A stretch of 64,000 bases of DNA. Source: Longimicrobiales bacterium (GTDB lineage Bacteria > Gemmatimonadota > Gemmatimonadetes > Longimicrobiales > Gaopeijiaceae). Shown here in pieces: positions 47,299 to 56,206 of the stretch. The position numbers were made by a program, and so were the translations under genes. The notes under the pieces are model-generated. The model saw nothing but the letters and a program-made list of their open reading frames with translations. It did not search any database and was not told the DNA's origin. Location: contig CBDDCX010000006.1 in the NCBI GenBank assembly GCA_965226375.1, positions 96,001-160,000 of the forward strand, given 5' to 3'. Positions within the stretch are counted from its first letter, which is position 1, and the number at the start of each line of letters is the position of its first letter.

Positions 47299-49242
47299 AT
47301 GGGTCAAGATCTCGTCCCCGAGCGGGGGAGCGAAGCGATCCGGTCTTTCACCAAGGCCCTTCTCACCGACCTGAGGGCGCTGGAGAAGATGCTGGCCGAT
47401 GGAATGATCGAGTCGGGCGTCCGCCGCTTCGGTTGCGAGCAGGAGATTTTTCTGGTCGACCACGCTTGGCGACCTGCACCTGTGGCTCTGCAAATCCTCG
47501 ATCTCCTCGATGAGGATAACTTCACGACGGAGTTGGCTCAGTTCAATCTGGAGATGAACATCGAGCCCATGATGCTGGAGGGTGGTTGCTTCAGCGGGCT
47601 GCAGGCGCGTATCGAGGAGCTGTTGGGCTTGGTTCGTACGGCGGCCCAGGAGGTCGGGGCGGAGGTGGTTCTTTCCGGCATCCTTCCCACCCTGACCAAG
47701 TCCGATCTGACCCTGGACAACATCACGCCCAAGGCCCGGTACTACGCTCTGAACGAAGCCTTGACCAAGATGCGAGGGGGAGACTACCGACTTCAGATCG
47801 AAGGACGGGACGAGCTTCAGGTCGAGCACGACTCGGTCATGCTCGAGGCGTGTAACACGAGTTGCCAGGTCCACCTCCAGGTCGATGCCGGCGACTTTGC
47901 GGCCATGTACAACATGTCGCAGGCCGTCATGGGGCCGGTCGTGGCCGCCGCGGTGAATTCCCCGCTTCTTTTCGGAAAGCGGCTCTGGGCCGAGACCCGC
48001 ATCGCCCTTTTTCAGCAATCCCTGGATACGCGGAGCACGACCGTCCATCTCCGGGAGTTCAGCCCCAGAGTGCGCTTTGGCGAGAGGTGGGTAAAGGACT
48101 CGGTCACGGAGCTGTTCCAGGAGGACATCGCGAACTTCAGGGTGCTGCTGGCCGAGGACTTCGGGGAGGATCCGTTCGGGCAGCTTGAGGCGGGCACGGT
48201 GCCGAAGCTGAAGACGCTCCAACTCCACAACAGTACGGTCTACCGCTGGAATCGGCCCTGCTACGGAATCTCCGAGGGTAAGCCGCACCTGCGGATCGAA
48301 TGCCGCGCTCTACCTGCCGGACCCACCGTTCTGGACGAAGTGGCTAACGCGGTATTTTGGATCGGGCTCGTGAGGGGCGCCCATGCAGAGTACGGTGACA
48401 TTACCGAGCGACTCGACTTCGACGAGGCCAAGTACAATTTCCTGACGGCGTCCAGGCACGGACTGAACGCGGGCTTCCATTGGATCGACGGTGAGCAGGT
48501 GAGCGCTCCCGAGCTCATTCTCGGGGCTTTGCTTCCTTTGGCGCGGTCCGGCCTGGAGGGCCGGGTCCATGGGTCCGACCTGGACAAGTATCTGGGGGTG
48601 ATTGAGAAGCGCGTCGAGAGTCGACGTACCGGTTCGGACTGGACGATTCGATCGCTACAGGAGATGAAGGATAGCGGCACCCGCTCCGAGCGGCTGGCCG
48701 CGCTCACCGCGGCTACGTTGCGCAATCAGAAGGGCCGCAAGCCGGTACACGAGTGGGAACTGGCCAAGTTGGAGGAGGCCGGCGGCTGGACCATGAACTA
48801 CACCAAGGTGGAACAGTACATGACCACCCAACTCTTTACGGTCCAGGAAGACGAGCTGTTGGAGATGGTGGCCTTCCTCATGGATCGGAAGCAGATCAGG
48901 CACGTGCCCGTAGAAGACGACCAGCACCGCCTGGTTGGTCTGGTGTCGTATCGATCTATCTTGAGGATGGTTTCCGAGTTCGGTAGCGAGGGGGTCAGCG
49001 AGGCCGTGCCGGTCAACTCGATCATGGACAGGGATCCGCTGACCGTGACACCCGAGACACCGACGCTTGACGCCATCGATATCATGCGGGAGAACGGAGT
49101 GTCTTGCTTGCCGGTGGTGAATGATGGAAAGCTGGTGGGGCTCGTGACTGAGGCGGACTTCATGCCCATCGCGTATCAGCTACTTTATAGCAAACTGACG
49201 GAGGAACAGCACACAGCCAGTGACACAGCATTTGGCGATTGA
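47299..49242 (+). CDS. Glutamate-cysteine ligase family (GCS2/carboxylate-amine ligase) protein with C-terminal CBS pair
   Basis: GCEQEIFLVD, TELAQFNLE, SCQVHLQV, NSPLLFG, LRIECRALP, then CBS motifs IRHVPVED...LVGLVS and VSCLPVVNDGKLVGLVTEAD. Confidence 0.88.
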   Translation: MGQDLVPERGSEAIRSFTKALLTDLRALEKMLADGMIESGVRRFGCEQEIFLVDHAWRPAPVALQILDLLDEDNFTTELAQFNLEMNIEPMMLEGGCFSGLQARIEELLGLVRTAAQEVGAEVVLSGILPTLTKSDLTLDNITPKARYYALNEALTKMRGGDYRLQIEGRDELQVEHDSVMLEACNTSCQVHLQVDAGDFAAMYNMSQAVMGPVVAAAVNSPLLFGKRLWAETRIALFQQSLDTRSTTVHLREFSPRVRFGERWVKDSVTELFQEDIANFRVLLAEDFGEDPFGQLEAGTVPKLKTLQLHNSTVYRWNRPCYGISEGKPHLRIECRALPAGPTVLDEVANAVFWIGLVRGAHAEYGDITERLDFDEAKYNFLTASRHGLNAGFHWIDGEQVSAPELILGALLPLARSGLEGRVHGSDLDKYLGVIEKRVESRRTGSDWTIRSLQEMKDSGTRSERLAALTAATLRNQKGRKPVHEWELAKLEEAGGWTMNYTKVEQYMTTQLFTVQEDELLEMVAFLMDRKQIRHVPVEDDQHRLVGLVSYRSILRMVSEFGSEGVSEAVPVNSIMDRDPLTVTPETPTLDAIDIMRENGVSCLPVVNDGKLVGLVTEADFMPIAYQLLYSKLTEEQHTASDTAFGD

Positions 49243-50407
49243 CGGGAGTTCGACCGTTCGACGAGGTGACGTCGAGCGGGTTTTGGGTCGAGTTCGGGGT
49301 GTACGTCCGGGCCCGACCCTAATCTGTGTCGGTGGCATGCATGGCAACGAGCCGGCCGGGGTTGAGGGGCTTCAGAGGGTTCTACAAGCTCTCGACGACT
49401 CCGACGGCGCCGTTTGCGGTGATCTGGTCGCTTTGGCCGGCAACCTGACCGCCCTCTCACGTGGCCGTCGCTTCATAGGGCGAGACTTGAACCGGGCCTG
49501 GGGCAGCGACCGTATGCATTCTCTGATGGAGAATGGCTGTCCGTTGGAGTCCTGCCCTGAGGACCACGAACAGATCGAGCTGCTCCGAGCTTTGGATCAT
49601 GCGGTGGCCGAGTCCCGCGGACCCGTGTACGTGTTGGACCTCCACACCACGTCCGGCGGCGGCGGTGCTTTCACCACGGCGAGTAATACCCTCCGCAACC
49701 GCGAATTCGCGTTGAGCCTCGAGGTCCCCTTTATTCTCGGGCTCGAAGAGCTCGTGGACGGGACCATGCTCGAGTATATGGGCCGGAGGGGGTTCGTCGC
49801 TGCGCTCTTCGAGGGGGGGCAGCACGATGAACCCTCGGCCGTCGACCGGGTGGAGGCGGCGGTGTGGATCGCCCTGGAGGCCGCGGGGCTCATCCCCGAA
49901 GACAAGGTTCCCCAGGTCGAGGAGGGCCGGAAGCGGCTTTCCCGCGAGGTGACCGGCAAGCCGCCCGTGTTGGAGGTGCGGTATAAGTACGGCATCGAGC
50001 CGGGGAGCCGGTTCCTCATGAAGCCCGGCTACGAGAATTTCAGACCGGTGATCGGCGGAGAGGTGATCGGAAGCAACGGCGGAGGTGAGGTGTGCTCTCC
50101 TGTGGCCGGCCGCATCCTCATGCCGCTCTACCAGGAGCAGGGTGAGGACGGATTCTTCATCGTGCGGTCGGTCCACCCCATTTGGCTGACGATCTCTTCG
50201 ATACTCAGGCACCTGGGAGTCGATCGCATCGTTCACTGGCTTCCGGGCGTGCGGCGTCACGCCACTCGGCCCGGCGCACTCGTCGCCGACAAGCGCGTGG
50301 CCCGCTGGTACGCTCTGGAGATCTTCCACCTCCTGGGTTATCGGAAGAAGAGGGAAGAGGGGGACCGCCTGGTCGTGGACCGTCGTGGAGAGCACTCGAT
50401 TCAATAG
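49220..50407 (+). CDS. Succinylglutamate desuccinylase/aspartoacylase (AstE/AspA, M14-like Zn hydrolase)
   Basis: GGMHGNE, RFIGRDLNR, LDLHTTS, FEGGQH. Overlaps the ligase gene. Confidence 0.88.
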   Translation: MTQHLAIDGSSTVRRGDVERVLGRVRGVRPGPTLICVGGMHGNEPAGVEGLQRVLQALDDSDGAVCGDLVALAGNLTALSRGRRFIGRDLNRAWGSDRMHSLMENGCPLESCPEDHEQIELLRALDHAVAESRGPVYVLDLHTTSGGGGAFTTASNTLRNREFALSLEVPFILGLEELVDGTMLEYMGRRGFVAALFEGGQHDEPSAVDRVEAAVWIALEAAGLIPEDKVPQVEEGRKRLSREVTGKPPVLEVRYKYGIEPGSRFLMKPGYENFRPVIGGEVIGSNGGGEVCSPVAGRILMPLYQEQGEDGFFIVRSVHPIWLTISSILRHLGVDRIVHWLPGVRRHATRPGALVADKRVARWYALEIFHLLGYRKKREEGDRLVVDRRGEHSIQ

Positions 50408-50435
50408 AAGGCTCTTGAAGAGGTGAGGCCGAGCC

Positions 50436-51128
50436 ATGTGCGGTCGTTATACCCTGTCGACACCCATGGACCATCTGGTTGAGGTCTTCGACGTTCCTCC
50501 GGTGACTTTCGACCACGAGCCGCGCTACAACATCACCCCCACACAGCAGGCTCCTGTGGTGGCCTCGGATCGACGGGGCGATCGGATGGGGCTGATGCGC
50601 TGGGGTCTGGTGCCGTCCTGGGCCAAGGACGTGGCCATCGGTTCCCGCATGATCAACGCCCGGGCTGAAACCCTTCGGACCAAGCCGGCTTTCAAGGAGG
50701 CAGTGGTCGCTCGCCGCTGTCTGGTCCCCGCGGACGGCTTCTACGAGTGGGTAAAGGAGGGCTCGGGCAAGGTCCCGTATTGGATTCACGACCCGGAGCG
50801 CGCACCGTTGAGCCTGGCCGGACTCTGGGAACGCTGGGGGGGCGGAGGGTGGCAGGAGCCGGGGGGGCCGGAGTCCGAGGGAACGGAGTCTGTCTACACC
50901 TTCACGATCATCACGGTGGAACCTAACGAGACGGTTCGCCCACTCCACGATCGAATGCCCGCCATCGTGCCATCGGCGGACCGGGGGATTTGGCTCGACA
51001 GGACCACACGGACCGAGAACGCTCTTGAGATCCTCAGACCCTACCAGGGCGAACTGGCCGCGTACCCGGTATCGAAGCTGGTGAACTCCCCGGCCAACGA
51101 CGACGTCGAGTGCATTGAGCCCGTCTGA
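50436..51128 (+). CDS. SRAP/HMCES (YedK-like) abasic-site protecting protein
   Basis: MCGRY N-terminus, RYNITPTQ, INARAET, DGFYEW, HDRMP. Confidence 0.95.
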   Translation: MCGRYTLSTPMDHLVEVFDVPPVTFDHEPRYNITPTQQAPVVASDRRGDRMGLMRWGLVPSWAKDVAIGSRMINARAETLRTKPAFKEAVVARRCLVPADGFYEWVKEGSGKVPYWIHDPERAPLSLAGLWERWGGGGWQEPGGPESEGTESVYTFTIITVEPNETVRPLHDRMPAIVPSADRGIWLDRTTRTENALEILRPYQGELAAYPVSKLVNSPANDDVECIEPV

Positions 51129-51199
51129 TCTCCGAGATTGGCGCCGCCACCCGCGACCCGGTGGTTGATCGCACGAGGGGTCCGCAACGGACCGATACG

Positions 51200-51408
51200 C
51201 TGCCCAGGGCACGAGAATGTGCGTCCGATCTATGATCATCTATATCACCTGGGGATGTCCGCGACGAAAACGGTCTGGCCGTTGGAGTATCCCGAGGGGG
51301 ACTCGCCGCACGCCGCCTCCGATACCCTGGAGGATCCCGCGTATCGAGCCTTCGTGAAGCAACTCCAGCAACGGGGCTTCGAGATCACGTGGCACTGCGC
51401 AACGATGG
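51200..51408 (+). pseudogene. Internal fragment of a polysaccharide-deacetylase-like protein
   Basis: ENVRPIYDHLYHLGMSATKTVWP...QRGFEITWHCAT. Boundaries approximate. Confidence 0.45.
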
Positions 51409-51593
51409 CGCCGACCCGATCCCCCTAGATCAGATCCTCACCGTCGAGACCGATATCCTCATACCTGCCGCTCTCGAGAATCAAATCCGGGGTGACAACG
51501 CGCATCGGATCCAAGCCAAGGTCGTCGCCGAGGCCGCCAACGGCCCGACGACGCCTCAGGCGGACGAGATCCTCGAGAGCCGGGGAATCGAGA
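51402..51593 (+). pseudogene. Internal fragment of a Glu/Leu/Phe/Val dehydrogenase
   Basis: DILIPAALENQIRGDNAHRIQAKVVAEAANGPTTPQADEILESRGI is the GDH NAD-binding domain motif. Confidence 0.8.
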
Positions 51594-52050
51594 TAACGAA
51601 CTCGTTTGGGCCCAATACGGAACGGTCGACCAGGCCGGTAACTTCACCGGGACCCCAGGCGACAACGAGTATTGGAAGGCGAAGAAGACCCAGAAGGTGC
51701 CGGGGGGAGCCCCCGACGCGTTTGTGCTCGATCTCGCCGTAAAAGACAATGCGAAGGACGACCAGGGCGGTATCAAGGACCGGGTCGCTGGGGTCGGGGA
51801 AGCTGTTATGGTCACGATCGACTTCAAGGCAGGTTTACAGGGAGTCGGTTTGGGTTGTGCGAGTCCCGGTTGCCAAGCGTGGAGTGTGGAGCTGAAGGGG
51901 TTGGGTGCTGACCAAAAGGGTAAAGGATTTACTGTCGCAAGTACCTCCACGCCGGAGCCGTCGACCATCATCTTACTTGCTTCGGGCCTTGCCGGATTGG
52001 CAGGAGTGGGGGCCCTGCGGAACCGGCGAGAGAACAAGCGAAGTGAATAG
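51592..52050 (+). pseudogene. C-terminal part of a PEP-CTERM sorted protein
   Basis: TPEPSTIILLASGLAGLAGVGALRNRR. No signal peptide; the frame extends upstream to the GDH fragment. Confidence 0.75.
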
Positions 52051-52067
52051 CGGCCCGCTGACGGAGC

Positions 52068-53561
52068 CTAATTCGCCGGCCGGGCCCTCTCCTTGGCCCA
52101 GGCCCGGAGCTCTGCCACATGTTCGGCCCTGGTCACCGACAGGGGCCGCGTGCCCTGGATCTCGTTCAGGAGCGCGCTCGTGGACAGTTCGGCCGTTCCC
52201 GAGAACGCGGAATAGAGGGTAGAGACGACCACCCCTTCGATCTCCGAGCCGCTGAAGCCGGGCGTGGCGGCGCCGAGGGCGTGGAGGTCGAAGTCGCCGG
52301 ACTCCCTTCCGCGGTTCTCCAGGTGAATGCGGAAGATCTCGGCGCGGGTGTCGGCATCGGGGAGATCCACGAAGAAGATCTCGTCGAAACGTCCCTTGCG
52401 TAGAAACTCGGCGGGTAAGCGGCTGATGTCGTTTGCGGTCGCGACGATGAAGACGTCGCCACGCCGATCCTGCATCCACGTGAGGAAGCTACCAAGGATG
52501 CGTTGTGACACCCCACCGTCCTCACTTCCGCCCGTTGCGAAGGCCTTCTCCAGCTCGTCGATCCACAGTACCACGGGTGCCATCTGCTCGGCGGTGCGCA
52601 TGGCGCGCTTGAAGTTTCGCTCGCTCTCTCCAATGTACTTGTTGTAGAGATTGGACGGATCGAGCTTTAGTAGCGGCATGCGCCACTCGGCTGCGACCGC
52701 CTTGGCCGAGAGGCTCTTTCCACAGCCCGGCACGCCGAGAAGCAGCATTCCCCTCGGAAAGCTCAACCCGAACTCCTCGGCTTTTTCGGGCTGCGTCACC
52801 ACGGCCTTCCGTTTGGCCAGCCACGCCTTCAGGCTCCGAAGGTCGGCGATATTCTCCATGGTGGATTCGACGGGATAGTACTCAAGGAGTCCGTCCCGCC
52901 CGACCACGGCGATCTTGGCTTCGATCACGTGGCGGATGTCTTCCACGGCCAGCTTGCCGTCTTCGATGATGGCCTTGGTCAGTATCTTCTCGGCCTCCAT
53001 CAGGGTGAGCCCGGCCATGTGCCGCAGGAGCAGCGCCAACTCCTCTTTGCTCATGTCTACATCCACATGACCCCGGCTCTGCATGTCCCGGACGATCTGC
53101 GTAATCAGGTCCCGGTACTCATCATCCGACGGTCCGGGCAGAATGAAGGGAGTCACCATGCGTGCTACCGCGTCGGGGAAGGTGAGGCCCCGGCCGGTAA
53201 CCAGGATGGAGCCCCCCGCCTCGCTGAGCGCTTCGGCCGCCTCCCTCATCTGCGCGGCGAGGATCGGGTCTGCACTCAGATGGGGTCCCAGGTCCTTGAA
53301 GTGGTACAGCGCCGCCATCTGTGAGGCCGCGATGTGTCGGAAGGCCTTGGCGGGGTTCTCGGTATCATAGACGGCGCCCGACAGATCGACACGGCTCAGG
53401 CCCCGGATACGCGTCCAGGTGAAGAGCGGCTGGTCTAGTTTGTCGGCCAGGTAGTCCAGCAGGCCAGAAGCGCGCTCTTCTTCGTCGGTATCCACGTGGA
53501 TCAACTGGTGCCCGGCTCGGACCAGAAGCACCAGGTCGTGCAGGGTGTCCCTAGGACTCAC
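52068..53561 (-). CDS. AAA+ ATPase (Ycf46-like)
   Basis: GVPGCGKS, VLWIDE, RKGRFDEIFFVDLP. GTG start at 53561. Confidence 0.88.
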   Translation of the reverse strand: MSPRDTLHDLVLLVRAGHQLIHVDTDEEERASGLLDYLADKLDQPLFTWTRIRGLSRVDLSGAVYDTENPAKAFRHIAASQMAALYHFKDLGPHLSADPILAAQMREAAEALSEAGGSILVTGRGLTFPDAVARMVTPFILPGPSDDEYRDLITQIVRDMQSRGHVDVDMSKEELALLLRHMAGLTLMEAEKILTKAIIEDGKLAVEDIRHVIEAKIAVVGRDGLLEYYPVESTMENIADLRSLKAWLAKRKAVVTQPEKAEEFGLSFPRGMLLLGVPGCGKSLSAKAVAAEWRMPLLKLDPSNLYNKYIGESERNFKRAMRTAEQMAPVVLWIDELEKAFATGGSEDGGVSQRILGSFLTWMQDRRGDVFIVATANDISRLPAEFLRKGRFDEIFFVDLPDADTRAEIFRIHLENRGRESGDFDLHALGAATPGFSGSEIEGVVVSTLYSAFSGTAELSTSALLNEIQGTRPLSVTRAEHVAELRAWAKERARPAN

Positions 53562-53565
53562 GCGT

Positions 53566-54725
53566 TCACCGGACCATGACCGTGCCAACCATGGCGGCCC
53601 CTTCGTGCGGAATGCAGATGTACCGGTACTCCCCCGGCTCGGTGAACGTCCAGGTAAAACTCTCGCCAGGGGCCATGTCACCCGAGTCGAAGGCCTGCGC
53701 GCCGGAGGGGAGTCGGACGTTGTCCGCCTGCATGGCCTTGGACGCATCGGCCGTCACGGTGTGGACGAGGGCCGAGGTGTTGCGCCAGCGTACGGCCTGA
53801 CCGACCGAGATGGTGACGGCGGCGGCTTCGTACTTGAGCTGGTTGTTCGTGGTGACCTAGCGGCCACTTCGCCGCTCGACTCCTGCTGAGAGCTCGCCTG
53901 GCGGCCGCCGAAATAGCGAGACAGCGTAAACGGAATCGTGAATTCGAAGCCGTAGCGGGTCTTGCCGTCCCCAAAGGACGAGCCCTGCAGGCTGGCGGTC
54001 CGGGTGTTGGTGATCTGCAGGGAGAACGTGTGCGGCGTATAGGGAACGGCCATCTGGAGGGCCGCACCCCACGCCACGTCCAATTCTCCGTCGGCAACTC
54101 CGCCCCCCGCCGCATCTTGTCCTATGGAGCGGTCAGTAAGTGCCACCACATCCCCCGCCAGGGCCACGTTGTCGGAGACTCGAATCGTGGCTCCGCCGCC
54201 GAACGCCCACTTCGACTCATCGAGCCCATCATCGTAGACGTTCGACAGAAAGCGACCGACGCCAATGAGTTTTATCGGACCGGCGGGAAAGCTCACGGTG
54301 ACCTCGGCGTCGCTGCTCGACGCCGCTTGGTTGAACGCCCCGGTGAAGGAGACATCGACAGGGTGACCGGCTGCGGTAGAGACCGGGGTCCACCGGGCGA
54401 AGATCTCGTATTCATTGAAGTCGTTACCGTCGACGATTGAGTTGCTCGAGTAGTCGACGCCTAGAAGTGTTCGGCCCGGCAGCGGAACGGCCAGGTAGAA
54501 TGTCGGAGAGTTGGCGACCTTGTTCTGCCCTCCAGCGTCCACTTTCCAGAACCGGTGGAGGAAGTTGAAGTAGACGGTGCCCTCCGTGCCGGTCCATCCA
54601 GCGCTGAGGTTGGGGGTTCGCTCCAGCACGGACTGGCTTTGGGCGGGCCGGGCTAAAGCGAGAAAGCCGCCGGCCGAGATGACCAGAAGCACCAAGGAGG
54701 GGCCTATCAGACGAGGTTGGCGCAT
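53566..54725 (-). pseudogene. Secreted beta-barrel-like protein fused to a C-terminal plastocyanin/azurin domain; 1-nt frameshift at ~53860
   Basis: Signal peptide and alternating beta-strand pattern ending YGFEFTIPF. After EVAA the other frame reads VTTNNQLKYEAAAVTISVGQAVRWRN...HTVT...YICIPHEGAAMVG. Confidence 0.75.
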
Positions 54726-54781
54726 GGATCTTCCTCCTGTCTACATGATTCGAAGGTGGTTGGTGGACACAAATGAGCGAG

Positions 54782-55848
54782 AGGGGGTATTCCCTTAAGT
54801 CCACCGACCCCAAGATATAGTGGTTACCGGGGCTCTGCGGGCCGTTTCCCACGTCCGGTGCCGAGGTAAAGGGCCGAAGCTGGCGTGGGAGCACACTGAA
54901 CAGCCTGCTCAAGCAAGCGGTAGAACAACAGGCCGCGAGCCCGGGATGTGCGTCGGTTGAAGCGAAAGGTGAACTCGTCCAGATAGTAGGGGAGGTGTTC
55001 GCGGGCGATCCCTCCTTGGAGGGTTCCGAGGACCCAGCGCTTGAGGAGAGACGCCACCCGATGTACGGCCGACATGAGCACGTGAGCGGGATCGCCGGAG
55101 GTCGAGAGGTTCGTGACCGTGTGGCGAAAGCCCAGTTTGGCGAGTCCCTGATAGCTTGGCCATCCGTCGGTATGCACCGTGCTTGCCGGTGCGATGCTAT
55201 CCTTGACGAAGCCTCGCAGAACCGGAGCGGAGAGGTCGGGCACCCAACGCAGCCGTATTCTCCCGATCTTGCGTCCGTCGACCTCGGCGGCGATCGCGAC
55301 GATGGCCTTCTTGATCGTCTCGCGGCCCCGCACTCCAGCCTCCACGCCCCCGACATAGCTCTCGTCCACTTGCACAACGCCGCTCAGCTGGTCGCGATCC
55401 GGTCGGACCATGGCCCGGCGGAGCTTGTGGAGCCAGACCCACGCTGTCTTGTAGCTTCCCAGTCCGAGCACGCGCTGGAGCCCGAGAGCATTGGCTCCGT
55501 ATTTCTGGCTCGTGAGCTCCCAGGCAGCGAGAAACCACAGACGCAGGGGCGAGCGCGTGCGGTGGAACACGGTTCCCGCCAGCACCGAGGTCTGCCTTCG
55601 ACAGTGTGGGCAGACGAGACGCCCCCGCGATGCTCGCCAGACCTCTCCCAACCCGCCACAGCCCACGCACACAAACCCTTCCGGCCAGCGCAGACCCTCC
55701 ACGTACTCCAGGCATGCCGCATCGTCGGGGAAGAACTCGTCCAGCTCCAGCCGCGTACGGGGATAGTCCACGCCGCCACGGAGCTGAGAAGCCGGAACCG
55801 CCATGACCACAACATGTAGTGGGCGGTGGACTTAAGGCAATACCCCAT
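54782..55848 (-). mobile_element. IS1595-family IS, copy 2 (1067 bp), TSD TGAGCGAG/TGAGCGAA
   Basis: Same IRs as copy 1. Flanking 8-mers at 54774-54781 and 55849-55856 match 7/8. Confidence 0.95.
54824..55810 (-). CDS. IS1595-family transposase (protein identical to copy 1)
   Basis: The ORF-track translations of the two copies are identical. Confidence 0.95.
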   Translation of the reverse strand: MVMAVPASQLRGGVDYPRTRLELDEFFPDDAACLEYVEGLRWPEGFVCVGCGGLGEVWRASRGRLVCPHCRRQTSVLAGTVFHRTRSPLRLWFLAAWELTSQKYGANALGLQRVLGLGSYKTAWVWLHKLRRAMVRPDRDQLSGVVQVDESYVGGVEAGVRGRETIKKAIVAIAAEVDGRKIGRIRLRWVPDLSAPVLRGFVKDSIAPASTVHTDGWPSYQGLAKLGFRHTVTNLSTSGDPAHVLMSAVHRVASLLKRWVLGTLQGGIAREHLPYYLDEFTFRFNRRTSRARGLLFYRLLEQAVQCAPTPASALYLGTGRGKRPAEPR

Positions 55849-55960
55849 TGAGCGAAATTGATCGTAATAACGGTCTCCCCTTGGGGAGGCGCAACGTGTC
55901 CTACGCCTTGCGTCGTCGGTCATTTCAACGTGATCGTTAGACAACCAACGTCCGGAGGCG

Positions 55961-56170
55961 GTGATACCAGGTTCCACGGAGGACCGGTCCAAAAGTGCCG
56001 TGATCGATAAGCTTAGAGAAATCTGGGTGTTGTCGGATTCCGACACGATCGCCGACGACCTGGAGAAGGCTCGGGCCCTGGCTGCCGCCGTGCCCGAGTC
56101 CGCCAGGAGAGAGGCGGACGACTTCATCCGAGCCATGGAGCGCCTGGGAGATTGGCTCCGCTCGGGGTGA
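55961..56170 (+). CDS. Small hypothetical helical protein (69 aa), cassette-like
   Basis: GGAGG RBS before GTG. Begins 19 bp after a GTTAGAC attC-like core. Confidence 0.55.
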   Translation: MIPGSTEDRSKSAVIDKLREIWVLSDSDTIADDLEKARALAAAVPESARREADDFIRAMERLGDWLRSG

Positions 56171-56206
56171 TCTCGCGTCCCCCCATCCCATCGGCCGCCT
56201 CCACGC

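Noticed and set aside
15459..55848. Composite transposon bounded by the two IS1595 copies
   Set aside because: Each copy has its own separate target-site duplication, so they are independent insertions.
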